Source: Myxococcales bacterium
GTDB taxonomy: Bacteria > Myxococcota_A > UBA9160 > SMWR01
Reading direction: 5' to 3'
Assembly (NCBI GenBank): GCA_013215605.1
Contig: JABSQW010000034.1
Span: 1 to 60,824 of the forward strand
Length of the DNA: 60,824 nt
Positions within the stretch are counted from its first letter, which is position 1, and each line of letters opens with the position of its first letter. This document shows, piece after piece, positions 8,050 to 17,951 of this stretch. Under the pieces are notes generated by a model, which worked only from the letters and a program-made list of their open reading frames with translations, searched no databases and was not told the origin of the DNA. The translations under genes were made by a program, and so were the position numbers.

Positions 8050-9201
8050 ATGGCGAAACAGGGCTTCAAAGTGATGGACTCCGACATGCACGTCATCGAG
8101 CCGCCCGACCTCTGGCAGCGTTACATGGGGCCGGCCTATCGGGATCGGGCGCCGATGGGCAGCAACGAGGGCATCCGCAACATCGCCATCCAGTTCGCCG
8201 ACGGGATGTCCGGCGCTGTGCCGGACATGCAATTCGACGTCTGGCTCAAGGGACTCGACGCCCATATGGGGCCGCAAAACCACCACTTCCAGTTCGCGGA
8301 AGAACGGGGCTACGACGGCACCTCGCAGCTCGAGGCGATGGACCAAGAGGGCATCGACGTTTCCGTGCTCTTCCCGTCACGCGGCCTGTTCGTGATGGGC
8401 CTCGACAGCAGCGAGAGCACCGACGGCCCGAGCCACGATCCCGACTTCGCTGCCGCGATTGCCCGCGCATACAACGACTGGATGAACGACTTGTGCTCGG
8501 CCGATCGCACGCGCATGTACGGGGCCGCGATGGTGGCGCCGCATGACGTTGACTCCGCCGTCAAAGAGACGCGCCGCTGTGTCGAGGAGTTCGGATTCAA
8601 GTCGATCTTCCTGCTCCCGGGCATGGTGAACAAGAAGCCCTGGCACCACCCGGACTACAACCCGCTGTGGGCCGAGTGTCAGGATCTCGACATCCCGGTC
8701 GTCTTCCACGGCGGGGGACCCGATCTGCTCGAACCGGACTTCGGCCAGGGTTTTCGCGATTCCCTCATGTTGTGGCACACGTTCGCACACTCGATGGGGC
8801 CGATGACGGCGCTCGTGAGCATGATCGGCGGTGGCGTCTTCGACCGCTTCCCGACACTGCGCACGGGATACCTGGAGGCGAACTGCTCGTGGGCCCCGTG
8901 GCTGATCTACCGGCTGGAAGACCACTACGAGGACTACATCGGACGCCATGAGATCAAGCTCGCGCGACGCGTCTCGGAGTATTTTGCGGAGAACTGCTTC
9001 GTGTCCGTCGAGGCCGACGAGGCGCCCTCCGAACTGTACGTGCAGCACTTCGGCGACGACAACGTCGTGTTCTCCACGGACTACCCGCACCCAGACACCA
9101 AGTTTCCGCACGCGGTGGAGAAGTTCCTGGAGCTTCCGCTGTCCGACGAGACCAAGCGCAAGTTCCTCTGGGACAACTGCGCGCGCTTGTACCGGCTGTA
9201 G
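8050..9201 (+). CDS. amidohydrolase, PF04909 (ACMSD/LigW/LigI-like) family
   Basis: VMDSDMHVIEPPDLWQRY...AMDQEGIDVSVLFP...VVFHGG...FSTDYPHPD, the typical metal-ligand pattern of amidohydrolase_2. Confidence 0.9.
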   Translation: MAKQGFKVMDSDMHVIEPPDLWQRYMGPAYRDRAPMGSNEGIRNIAIQFADGMSGAVPDMQFDVWLKGLDAHMGPQNHHFQFAEERGYDGTSQLEAMDQEGIDVSVLFPSRGLFVMGLDSSESTDGPSHDPDFAAAIARAYNDWMNDLCSADRTRMYGAAMVAPHDVDSAVKETRRCVEEFGFKSIFLLPGMVNKKPWHHPDYNPLWAECQDLDIPVVFHGGGPDLLEPDFGQGFRDSLMLWHTFAHSMGPMTALVSMIGGGVFDRFPTLRTGYLEANCSWAPWLIYRLEDHYEDYIGRHEIKLARRVSEYFAENCFVSVEADEAPSELYVQHFGDDNVVFSTDYPHPDTKFPHAVEKFLELPLSDETKRKFLWDNCARLYRL

Positions 9202-9255
9202 GGTCTCGGGCCGATTGCGTCGACGCGCAAGCACTCCGATCCGTAGGAGATTCGC

Positions 9256-10710
9256 ATGGCAGGGAACGCAGACCTTCGCGTTGCGGTGATTGGCGCCGGA
9301 CCGGCGGGCATCGTCGCAGGGCGTGAGCTCCTCGCTCAGGGGTTCACGCAGTTCACGATCTTCGAGAAGGCCGCCGCGGTTGGTGGGACCTGGCACCTCC
9401 ACTCGTACCCCGGGCTGGCCTGCGACGTGAAAGCGGCCGCGTACACCTTCGACCGGGAGGCCAACCCCGATTGGTCACACACTTTCGCCGAGCGCGCCGA
9501 GATCGAGGTTTATCTGCAGCGCTGCGCCGAGAAGTTCGGGCTCGACTCGTACCTGCGCCTGAACACGCGCATCGTATCGGCCCAATACCAGGGGGACGGG
9601 ACGTGGCGGCTCGCGAGTGACCGCGGCGAGGAGCACGCGTGCGACATCGTCATCAACGCGATGGGCAATCAGCACACGCCGCTGTATCCGGATCTCGCGG
9701 GAATGGACAGCTTCGAAGGGGATTCCTGGCATTCGACCGAGTGGAATCACGACGTGCCGCTCGAGGGCAAGCGCATCGCGATCGTGGGCTCGGCCGCGGC
9801 CGCGGTTCAGATCGTGCCGGAGGTCGCCAAGCTGGCGGACCATCTCTACGTGCTTCAGCGCACGCCGAACTGGATCCTCCCGCGCGGTCGCAAGCCGTAT
9901 TCCTCGGTGAGCCGCGGGCTGTTCCGCATCAACTGGTTGCGTACGCTTCACCGCGCCTTCCATCGAAAAATCATGAATCTCTCTGCTGGCGCCTTCGAGT
10001 TGGGCCACAAGACCCAGGAGCGCGTCGAGGCCATGGGGCGCAAGCACCTCGACGAGGCGATTGCAGATCCGGCTCTGCGCGAGCGGGTGACTCCCCAGTC
10101 CCGCTTCGGCTGCAAGCGGCCGCTCATGTCCGACTGGTTCTATCCGGCCATTCAGCGCGAGAACGTCGAGCTGATTCCGTCGGGGGCAAAGACGGTCCAC
10201 GAGCGCGGTGTCGTGACCGCCGACGGACAGGATCTCGACGTCGACGTGATCATCTACTGCACCGGATACAAGGTAATGGACTTCGAGCGCATCGAGGTCG
10301 TGGGCGCGAACGGCCGGTCTCTCGGCAAGCGACTGGCCGAGATCCCGGAGGCCTTCAAGGGCTTCGCGGTCCCGGGTTTTCCGAACTACTTCTTCGCGCT
10401 GGGACCCAACTCCCTGTGCGCGTCGGCGTCCTTCTTCGATTCCGCGGAGGTCAACCTGCGCTGCATCATCCGAATCCTGAAGGAGAAGGAAGCGGCGGGT
10501 GCCCGGGCGATCGACGTCAAGGAGGAGCAGCTGCGCGCCTACAACGACTGGATTGCGGCCGAGCGAGAGCGTTTCTCGTGGGGGGTCGGCTCGTGCAACA
10601 GCTACTACCGCACGCCGGGCGGTCACACACCCTTTCTCTTTCCGGGCGACTTCGCGACCTACACGCGGCAGCGCACGGAGTCCGGACTGCACGATTTCGA
10701 CGTGCAGTGA
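9256..10710 (+). CDS. Baeyer-Villiger-type flavin monooxygenase
   Basis: FAD fold VAVIGAGPAGIVAG. BVMO fingerprint FxGxxxHxxxW read as FEGDSWHSTEW. Second dinucleotide fold IAIVGSAAAAVQ. Confidence 0.9.
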   Translation: MAGNADLRVAVIGAGPAGIVAGRELLAQGFTQFTIFEKAAAVGGTWHLHSYPGLACDVKAAAYTFDREANPDWSHTFAERAEIEVYLQRCAEKFGLDSYLRLNTRIVSAQYQGDGTWRLASDRGEEHACDIVINAMGNQHTPLYPDLAGMDSFEGDSWHSTEWNHDVPLEGKRIAIVGSAAAAVQIVPEVAKLADHLYVLQRTPNWILPRGRKPYSSVSRGLFRINWLRTLHRAFHRKIMNLSAGAFELGHKTQERVEAMGRKHLDEAIADPALRERVTPQSRFGCKRPLMSDWFYPAIQRENVELIPSGAKTVHERGVVTADGQDLDVDVIIYCTGYKVMDFERIEVVGANGRSLGKRLAEIPEAFKGFAVPGFPNYFFALGPNSLCASASFFDSAEVNLRCIIRILKEKEAAGARAIDVKEEQLRAYNDWIAAERERFSWGVGSCNSYYRTPGGHTPFLFPGDFATYTRQRTESGLHDFDVQ

Positions 10711-10983
10711 GCTACCCCCACACGTTCCCGAATGTGCGTGCGAGCGACGGATCATCCGCTGTGCTCGCCCGCATCTCCCTCGCCGCGTTCGATCGGAGTG
10801 CCGCTTCCCTTCGCTCGGGACCGCTTCTATGCTGGACCTAAGCGTCCACGAGGAGGTACCTGTGCCGGCGAAGGACAACGCCCACGATCGCGACCCGATC
10901 AGCGGCTGCCCCCACCCCGAGGCAATGGCCTGCCGGGTCGCGGCGATCTGAGCTGACGGACCCAACCCTGCGGAGAGCACACG

Positions 10984-12141
10984 ATGAGCCAGCGAACCTC
11001 ACTTCCCGTCTGTGACGCAGACAGCCACCTGATGGAGCCGCCGAACTGGCTCGAGGGCTACGCGGATCCGGGGATCCGGGAACGCCTCGAGCCGGTGGGG
11101 CTCGTCGACAGCGAACTCATGTCGAAGGTAATCGCAGCGACCCAGCGGCGGCTGGCGGGCGAAGAGCCCGAGATCGAGGCGCTGCTGAAGTCCGATCCGA
11201 GTCACAGCATGCAGAAGGGATGGATGGGCCTCGGCGCCATGGAGGGATCCGAGCGCGGAGAGTTGCTGGATCTGATGGGCGTCTCCTACCAGTTGGTGTT
11301 CCCGACCCTGGCAATGACCCAGTTCCGGCGCACGCGCGATCTCGACCTCCTCTACGGGGGATCGACGGCCGTCAACCGCGGGATGGTCGACTTCTGCTCG
11401 CCCGACCACAGACTGCTCCCGATCGGCTTCCTGCCGCTCACGGATCCGGAGCGCGCGCTGGCCCTCGCCAAGGAGGCGGTGGACCTGGGCTCCCGCGCAC
11501 TGTGGGTTCCGTCGGACGCACCCGGTGACATCTCGCCCGCACACACGGACTTCGACCCGATCTGGAGCGTGTTGCAGGAGGCACGGATACCCATCGTGCT
11601 GCACGTCGGAGGAGGGGCACTGCTCCCCAAGCCGTACCATCGCAACGGTCGGCCCCTGCCGAAGGACTGGTCGGGAGGCGGCGAGAACCTTCGCATGAAG
11701 GACTTCCCGGTCCTCCACCAGTCCCCCGAGCGCTTTCTCTCCTGCATGGTTCTCGACGGCGTCTTCGAGCGCTTTCCGGAGCTCCGCTGCGGCGCGATCG
11801 AGCTCGGAGCCGCCTGGGTTCCAGCGCTGCTGCAGCACGTGGACGCGGCGGCCGAGTATTTCGGGAAGTACGAGCCGAGCTTGAAGGACCTCTCCCTCAA
11901 GCCTTCGGACTACCTGCGCCGTCAGCTGCGTGTGACCCCGCTGGTCTTCGAGGACGTGGAGTGGCTGATCCACTCCGCGGGTCCCGAGCTCTTCCTGTTC
12001 TCGACCGACTACCCGCACCCCGAAGGTGGCAGCGACCCCTTCGGCAGGTTCGAGGCCAGCCTCGGGAGCACCGGGGTGGAGGAACGCAAGCAGTTCTACG
12101 CCGAGAACTTCCTGCACCTGATGCAGATCGAAGCCGCGTAG
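10984..12141 (+). CDS. amidohydrolase, PF04909 family
   Basis: VCDADSHLMEPPNWLEGY...IVLHVGG...FSTDYPHPEG. Confidence 0.9.
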   Translation: MSQRTSLPVCDADSHLMEPPNWLEGYADPGIRERLEPVGLVDSELMSKVIAATQRRLAGEEPEIEALLKSDPSHSMQKGWMGLGAMEGSERGELLDLMGVSYQLVFPTLAMTQFRRTRDLDLLYGGSTAVNRGMVDFCSPDHRLLPIGFLPLTDPERALALAKEAVDLGSRALWVPSDAPGDISPAHTDFDPIWSVLQEARIPIVLHVGGGALLPKPYHRNGRPLPKDWSGGGENLRMKDFPVLHQSPERFLSCMVLDGVFERFPELRCGAIELGAAWVPALLQHVDAAAEYFGKYEPSLKDLSLKPSDYLRRQLRVTPLVFEDVEWLIHSAGPELFLFSTDYPHPEGGSDPFGRFEASLGSTGVEERKQFYAENFLHLMQIEAA

Positions 12142-12223
12142 TCACGTCGCGCAGCCGAACCGACGATCCCGCCGCGCGGCCGCGCCTCCGCCTAGCGCTC
12201 GAGCCGGTGGGCGTTGGACATTC

Positions 12224-13420
12224 TCAGCTGGAAGCCGCGGTGAACTTCAACGGGATGTGCTTGATGCCGTCGATCAGGTTCGAGCGCAGGGTGGCGATGG
12301 GGCCGGCGAGCTCCATGTCGTGCATCCGCTCGAGGATTCCCTCGAACATGACGCGGGTCTCGAGGCGGGCGAGGTGCGTGCCGACGCAGAAGTGCTCTCC
12401 GACCCCGAACGCCAGGTGGTGGTTGTTCTTGCGGTCGATGTCGAAGGCGTCGGGGCGGTCGAAGGCGTCCTCGTCGCGGTTGGCGCTCGGGTAGTAGAGC
12501 ATGAGCTTGTCGCCCTTCCGGATGCGCTGGTCCCCGAGCTCCGTGTCTTCGGTGGCGGTGCGGCGCATGTAGTAGACGGGAGACTTGAAGCGCAGCATTT
12601 CCTCGATGGCGGCCGGCAGGAGCGACGGATCCTCGCGCAGGCGCACCAGGTCCTCGGGGTGTTCGAGGAGCAGCAGCAGCCCGTGAGAGATCAGATTGCG
12701 CGTGGTCTCGTTCCCCGCGACCGCGAGCAGCAGAAAGAAGGAATCGAACTCGAGGGTGTCGAGGCGGCTGCCGTCGACCTCGCCGTGCAGGATGGTGCTC
12801 ATCAGGTCGTCGCGCCGATTCTTCAGCCGATCCTCGGCGAGACCGTTTGCGAAGACGAACATCTCCTGGGCGGCGTTTCCGGCCTCCCGTTCGCTGACGA
12901 CGTACTCCGGGTCCTGGCTCCCGATCATCCGGTTGCTCCAGTCGAAGATGTCGTGGCACGCCGACTGCGGCACACCGAGCAGCTCCGCGATCACCCGCAG
13001 CGGGAGCTCGGCCGAGACGTCGACCACGAAATCGCACTGGCCGCGATCGACCACCGAGTCGAGGATCGACTTTACGATCTCGCGATGGTGGGGCTCCTGG
13101 TCGGAGATCTGCCTCGGCGTGAAGCCGCCCGAGACCAGCGCTCGGTAGCGGCGGTGGTCCGGCGGATCCATCCCGATCATCGATACGAAGCTGTCGCCGC
13201 GATCCTCGATGCTGGTGCCCGAGGCGGAGCTGAACAACATCGGCTGGCGCGAGATCGTCTTGATCGTCTCGTAGCGACTGATGATCCAATAGCCCCGACC
13301 CCCCTGGTAGTCGCCCTCGTGCCAGTAGACCGGCGCCTCGCGTCGCAGCTGTCTGAAGATCTCGTGGGGGAAGCCGCTCTCGAACACATCGGGATCGCTG
13401 ACGTCGGGAACTTCGATCAT
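12224..13420 (-). CDS. cytochrome P450
   Basis: Heme-ligand loop FGVGEHFCVGTHLAR, EMLRF (ExxR), AGNETT I-helix. Confidence 0.95.
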   Translation of the reverse strand: MIEVPDVSDPDVFESGFPHEIFRQLRREAPVYWHEGDYQGGRGYWIISRYETIKTISRQPMLFSSASGTSIEDRGDSFVSMIGMDPPDHRRYRALVSGGFTPRQISDQEPHHREIVKSILDSVVDRGQCDFVVDVSAELPLRVIAELLGVPQSACHDIFDWSNRMIGSQDPEYVVSEREAGNAAQEMFVFANGLAEDRLKNRRDDLMSTILHGEVDGSRLDTLEFDSFFLLLAVAGNETTRNLISHGLLLLLEHPEDLVRLREDPSLLPAAIEEMLRFKSPVYYMRRTATEDTELGDQRIRKGDKLMLYYPSANRDEDAFDRPDAFDIDRKNNHHLAFGVGEHFCVGTHLARLETRVMFEGILERMHDMELAGPIATLRSNLIDGIKHIPLKFTAASS

Positions 13421-13697
13421 GTCGATTCACTCCAGGTGGCATCGGCCAGCATAGGCGATACCCGCCCCAAGGGTCTCGAGGTTCCGTTACGGCTCGACGG
13501 TCACCGAGATGACGGGGCGATCGCCGGAGCGGGGGAGGCTGCGGACGACGTCTGCGGCGGCTTCGAGGGGGTCGTGGTGGGTGTGGATCTCGTGGATCGG
13601 GACGCTGCCGGGCGCGAAGCCGTGCGCGCCGGGGGAGACATTGCAGGCCTGCTGATCCAGGCAGCCGCGGCAGTGCCCGCGGCTCTACAATACGGGC

Positions 13698-14354
13698 GTG
13701 ATCCTCGACCTCTCCATCGATGCACTGCTGACGACCACCCGCACGATTCGCAAGCGCCTCGACCTCGAGCGCCCGGTCGAGCGCGGCGTGATCGAAGAGT
13801 GCCTCGATCTCGCGCTTCAGGCGCCGAACGGCTCGAACCACCAGCAGTGGCGCTGGATCGTCCTGGACGATCGCGCGATCATCGAGCGCGCCGCGGCGAT
13901 CTACCGGGCCGCCATGGACCAGTACTCGGCCGACATCGCCGCGGGTCGCGAGCAGTACCTGACCGGGGGCTCGCGCGCCGAGCAGATCGGCGAGTCGGTG
14001 GCTCATCTCAAGGCGAACCTGCACCGCGTCCCCGCGCTGCTCGTGCCAACGCTGGCCGACCGTTTTGGCGTGCACCGCAAGGGCACCAGCACCACCTACC
14101 ACGACGCCAGCCAGTGGGGCTCGATCCTTCCGGCGGTGTGGAACTTCATGCTGGCGCTGCGCAGTCGAGGCGTTGGGAGCGCCTGGACGACGATCCACCT
14201 GCTGCGCGAGCGCGAGATGGCGGAGTTGCTCGGCATCCCGTACGAGACGCACGTGCAAGCCGGCCTGTTCCCCATCGCGTACACGATCGGTACGCAGTTC
14301 CGGCGCGCGGCGCGCCAGCCAGTGAGTGAGGTGCTCAGCTACAACGGCTGGTGA
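13698..14354 (+). CDS. nitroreductase family protein
   Basis: LLTTTRTIRKRLDLERPVERGVIEECLDLALQAPNGSNHQQWRWIVL. GTG start. Confidence 0.8.
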   Translation: MILDLSIDALLTTTRTIRKRLDLERPVERGVIEECLDLALQAPNGSNHQQWRWIVLDDRAIIERAAAIYRAAMDQYSADIAAGREQYLTGGSRAEQIGESVAHLKANLHRVPALLVPTLADRFGVHRKGTSTTYHDASQWGSILPAVWNFMLALRSRGVGSAWTTIHLLREREMAELLGIPYETHVQAGLFPIAYTIGTQFRRAARQPVSEVLSYNGW

Positions 14355-14390
14355 GAGTCGCTCCCTTCCACGGGACCTCGAGAGCGTGGG

Positions 14391-14783
14391 TCAGTCCCCG
14401 GCGTGCTCCCGCAATACCTCGCCCGCGCAGCGCATGGCCTGCACCACGCGCGGCACGCCGAGGTACGGGATCAGGTGGATGAAGAGCTCGACCACGTCGT
14501 CCGGAGCGTGGCCGAGATTGAGGGCCCCGCGCACGTGGAGCTTGAGCTCCTCGGTGGCCCCCTGCGACGCCAACGCCGTGAGCGTGATCAGGCTGCGCGT
14601 CTTGAGGTCGAGGCTCCCCTTGCGCGACCACGCGTCCGCATAACAATGCTCGACGCAAAGGCGCGCGAAGTCGAGCCCGGCCTCGCTGGGCCAGGCCACG
14701 CCGCCCTCGTGGTCCCGCCAGGAGGGGCTGAAGATCTCGTCGAGCAACGCCTCGGCCCGGGCGACGCGATCGCTGTCCGTCAC
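14391..14783 (-). CDS. carboxymuconolactone decarboxylase (CMD/AhpD-like) family protein
   Basis: LDLKTRSLITLTALASQGATEELKLHVRGALNLGHAPDDVVELFIHLIPYLGVP. Preferred GTG start at 14783 follows AGAGGAGA; the ORF allows 14813, which would overlap the P450 stop. Confidence 0.85.
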   Translation of the reverse strand: MTDSDRVARAEALLDEIFSPSWRDHEGGVAWPSEAGLDFARLCVEHCYADAWSRKGSLDLKTRSLITLTALASQGATEELKLHVRGALNLGHAPDDVVELFIHLIPYLGVPRVVQAMRCAGEVLREHAGD

Positions 14784-14802
14784 GGCTTCTTCTCCTCTGC
14801 CC

Positions 14803-16044
14803 TCATGATACACCCGGAAGTAGTGAGAATCGGACGGGGAGCGTCTTCATGCCACCCACTGCGCTCGAGAAGAGTCGCGTCGGCGCTCTGCCCGCTTCGA
14901 TCCGTTCGAAGCGAGCGAGGAGCTGACGGAACACCGCGCGGATCTCGATGCGCGCCAGATGCGCTCCCACACAGAAATGCTCGCCGATCCCAAAGGCGAG
15001 ATGCGGATTGGGGCGACGGTCGATCCGGAACTCGAAGGGGTCGGGAAAGACGCGTTCGTCTCGATTGGCCGAGGCGTAGAAGAGGGCGAGCGTTTCGCCG
15101 GCGCGGATCTTCTGTCCGCCGATCTCGGTGTCGCGGGTGGCGGTCCGCGCCATCTGGACGATCGGAGACGACCAGCGCAGGATCTCCTCTGCGGCGCTGC
15201 CGATCTTCGAGGGATCGCTGGAGAGCTCGCGCCAGACCTGCGGGTTCTCGAGCATGGCGTGCATGCCGCCACTGATCGCGTTGCGGGTCGTTTCGTTTCC
15301 AGCCGCGATCAGCAACAGGTAGTACGAAACGAGGGCGTGGGGATCGAGGGGTTCGCCGTCGATCTCGGCGCGGGCCAGCAGGCCGACGAGGTCGTCTCCG
15401 TTTCCCTGGCGACGCTCATCGGCGAGCTCGGTAAAGTACTCATAGAGGCACTGTGACGCGCGTAAGCGGGTCTCGTGCGCCGTCTCGCCTTCGCGCTGGT
15501 ATTCCGGATCGTTCGAGAGGACGACGGCATTCGTCCAGTCGACGAGCTGCGGCCAATCCGGGCGGGGCAGGTCGAGGAGCCACGAAATCACGGTCATCGG
15601 GAAGGGGGCGGCGATGCGCTCCACGAAATCGCACTCGCCGCCATTCGCATCGGATTCGACGCCCGACACCAGCTCGACGGCGATCTGATCCATCTCGGAC
15701 TCGATGGAGCGCAGGGCCCGGGGCGTGAAGCGGCGACTGATGAGCTCCCGGTAGCGGCGGTGTGCCGGGGGATCCATCTGGATGATGGTTTCCGGCTCGC
15801 GCTCGTCTTCGCTGCCGAACTCCGCACCCACGTTGATCTGGAAGCGTGGGAGGTTCGAGAAGATCTCGGGCTGTTTCGAAATCTCGACGATGTCGGCATG
15901 TCGCGTGACGGCCCAGAAGGGGATCGCGTGATCGCCGTACCAGTGGACCGGCGATTCGTCGCGCAGTTCCTTGAATGTCTCGTGGGGATAGCCGTCCCGC
16001 GCATAACGGGCGGGATCGATGAGTTCGGGGCCAGGGGTCGCCAA
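14803..16044 (-). CDS. cytochrome P450
   Basis: FGIGEHFCVGAHLAR, EILRW, AGNETT. Confidence 0.95.
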   Translation of the reverse strand: MATPGPELIDPARYARDGYPHETFKELRDESPVHWYGDHAIPFWAVTRHADIVEISKQPEIFSNLPRFQINVGAEFGSEDEREPETIIQMDPPAHRRYRELISRRFTPRALRSIESEMDQIAVELVSGVESDANGGECDFVERIAAPFPMTVISWLLDLPRPDWPQLVDWTNAVVLSNDPEYQREGETAHETRLRASQCLYEYFTELADERRQGNGDDLVGLLARAEIDGEPLDPHALVSYYLLLIAAGNETTRNAISGGMHAMLENPQVWRELSSDPSKIGSAAEEILRWSSPIVQMARTATRDTEIGGQKIRAGETLALFYASANRDERVFPDPFEFRIDRRPNPHLAFGIGEHFCVGAHLARIEIRAVFRQLLARFERIEAGRAPTRLFSSAVGGMKTLPVRFSLLPGVS

Positions 16045-16065
16045 CAGCTTCCTCTTCAGATGACG

Positions 16066-16620
16066 TCAGACCGCCTGACCGAACTTGTCCATCAGCTGCT
16101 GGATCCGGTTGGCGAGCTGGGGGAGGTTCGGATGGATGACGCGCACCTTCTCGAGGGCCTCCATCGCTTCGAAGGCCCGACCCTGAGCTTCGCGGATCAT
16201 CGCGAGCCCCGAGAGGGCGCCGAAGTGCCGTGGCTCCAGCGACAGGGTCGCGGCGATGTCGTCCACCGACTCGTCGAGGTTTCCGAGCAGCCAGTGCACG
16301 GTGGCGCGCTTGTTCCAGCCCTCGGCGAAGTCCGGAGCGGCTTCCACCAGGGCGTCGAAGGCGGCGAGGGCGGCCCGTTGGTTCCCGTCGTTCAGTGCGC
16401 GAAGTCCGCGCGTCATCAACGCGTCGAGCTTCTCGTCTCCGGACAGGGTCCAGAGCTCCCAGATGAACTGCTCCACCACGCTGGCCTCGCGCGGGTCGTC
16501 GGTGCTGCGGAGTCGATCGAACAGAGGGGCCAGTCGAGGGTCTCGCTGATCGGCCATGATGGCGGTCCCCCAGAGGACGAGGATCAGGGTGGCTGCGCCG
16601 AGCCGGACTCCCGCTCGCAT
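16066..16620 (-). CDS. secreted TPR-repeat protein
   Basis: Signal-like N-terminus MRAGVRLGAATLILVLWGTAIMA. TPR-like helical repeats (AALAAFDALVEAAPDFAEGWNKRATVHWLLGNLDESV...). Confidence 0.75.
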   Translation of the reverse strand: MRAGVRLGAATLILVLWGTAIMADQRDPRLAPLFDRLRSTDDPREASVVEQFIWELWTLSGDEKLDALMTRGLRALNDGNQRAALAAFDALVEAAPDFAEGWNKRATVHWLLGNLDESVDDIAATLSLEPRHFGALSGLAMIREAQGRAFEAMEALEKVRVIHPNLPQLANRIQQLMDKFGQAV

Positions 16621-16711
16621 GCAGTCATTCTATCATTGGGGAGCGCGGGCGTATCGTATCGAACGCCCGCGAGCGTCGGCGTCGTGCGCGTTCGACGAAT
16701 GGAGGCATCGG

Positions 16712-17905
16712 TTGCTCGACGACATCGACCTGACCGCTCTCGATCGCTTCGCCGAGGGGGCTCCCCACGAGTGGTTCGATCGCCTGCGCAGCGAGGCCCC
16801 GGTCTACTGGAACGAAGAGGCGAACGGCCCCGGCTTCTGGGTGCTCAGCCGATACGCGGAGGTCACCGGGCTCAACAAGAACTGGAGGCACTTCTCTTCC
16901 GCGGCGGGCATCACGCCCGAGGGGCAGGGCGCTGACCAGGAACTCGGGATGCTGACCATGGACCCGCCGCGACAGACCCGGTATCGCGCGGTGGTGAGCG
17001 CTCACTTCATGCCGCGCGCCATTGCCGGGCTCGAGGGTCGCGTGCGCGCCGCTGCGCGTGAGCTCATCGAGCGTTTCGTCGCTCTCGGCGGCGGCGACTT
17101 CGTCGAGGCCGTCGCCGCGCCGTTTCCCGTGCGCGTCATCTGCGACTGGATGGGCGTGCCGCGCGAGGACGAGGGCGACGTCCTGCGCTGGAGCAACGCG
17201 GTGGTGCCCAATCAGGACCCCGAGTACTGGGTCTCTCCCGAGCACGCCGAAGAGGCCAACCGGGCCTTCGACGTCTTCGCCGACGATCTCGTGGCCGCGA
17301 AGCGCGAACGCCCCGGCGACGATCTCACCACCGCGTTGGTGCGCGCCCGCTTCGACGACCGGCCCCTCGACGCACGCGAGCTGCGCGCCTTCGTGCGCCT
17401 GCTCGTGGTGGGCGGGGCGGAGACCACGCGCCACCTCATCTCCCACGCGCTGTGGGCGCTGACCCGGCACCCCGAGCAGAGAGCACGCTTCGTGTCGGGC
17501 GAGGTCGACGCCGCGGTCGCCGTGGAGGAGATGCTGCGCTTCGCGTCACCCGTCATGCACCACGCGCGCTGGGCCACTCGGGACGTCGAGGTCGCGGGCC
17601 AGAAGATCCAGGCGGGCGACCGCGTCACGCTGTGGATGGTGTCCGCGAACCGCGACGCCGCCGTCTTTGCCAAGCCGCACGAGCTCGATCTCGGTCGCCA
17701 GCCCAATCACCACGTGGCGCTCGGCGGCGGCGGCCCGCACTTCTGTCTCGGCGCCCACCTCGCGCGTCTCGAGACGCGGGTCGTTCTCGAAGAGCTCCGA
17801 CCGCACCTCGAGGGCCTCGAGCTCGTCGAGCCGCCGGCCGTACTGCGCTCGAGCTTCTTCCACGGCATCAAGCACCTCTCGCTGCTTCGCAGCGCACCTC
17901 GTTGA
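16712..17905 (+). CDS. cytochrome P450
   Basis: LGGGGPHFCLGAHLAR, EMLRF, GGAETT. Start chosen at the in-frame TTG at 16712, 6 nt after GGAGG, which aligns the N-terminus with paralogs. The ORF-track ATG at 16556 would overlap the divergent TPR gene. Confidence 0.9.
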   Translation: MLDDIDLTALDRFAEGAPHEWFDRLRSEAPVYWNEEANGPGFWVLSRYAEVTGLNKNWRHFSSAAGITPEGQGADQELGMLTMDPPRQTRYRAVVSAHFMPRAIAGLEGRVRAAARELIERFVALGGGDFVEAVAAPFPVRVICDWMGVPREDEGDVLRWSNAVVPNQDPEYWVSPEHAEEANRAFDVFADDLVAAKRERPGDDLTTALVRARFDDRPLDARELRAFVRLLVVGGAETTRHLISHALWALTRHPEQRARFVSGEVDAAVAVEEMLRFASPVMHHARWATRDVEVAGQKIQAGDRVTLWMVSANRDAAVFAKPHELDLGRQPNHHVALGGGGPHFCLGAHLARLETRVVLEELRPHLEGLELVEPPAVLRSSFFHGIKHLSLLRSAPR

Positions 17906-17951
17906 AGGGCGGGCTGTCGCCACCGGGGACGGCGGCGAGGTTGCCACCCGG

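Noticed and set aside
9221-9230. GCGTCGACGC palindrome between the amidohydrolase and the BVMO, considered as a terminator or operator.
   Set aside because: It is only 10 nt long, has no flanking U-tract, and such short GC palindromes are expected by chance in this composition.
13434-13449. TGGCATCGGCCAGCAT in the P450/nitroreductase divergent region, considered as a sigma-54 promoter.
   Set aside because: The GC of the would-be -12 element is one nucleotide too close to the GG. The -12 region reads CAGC rather than TTGC. It lies about 250 nt from the nearest plus-strand start.
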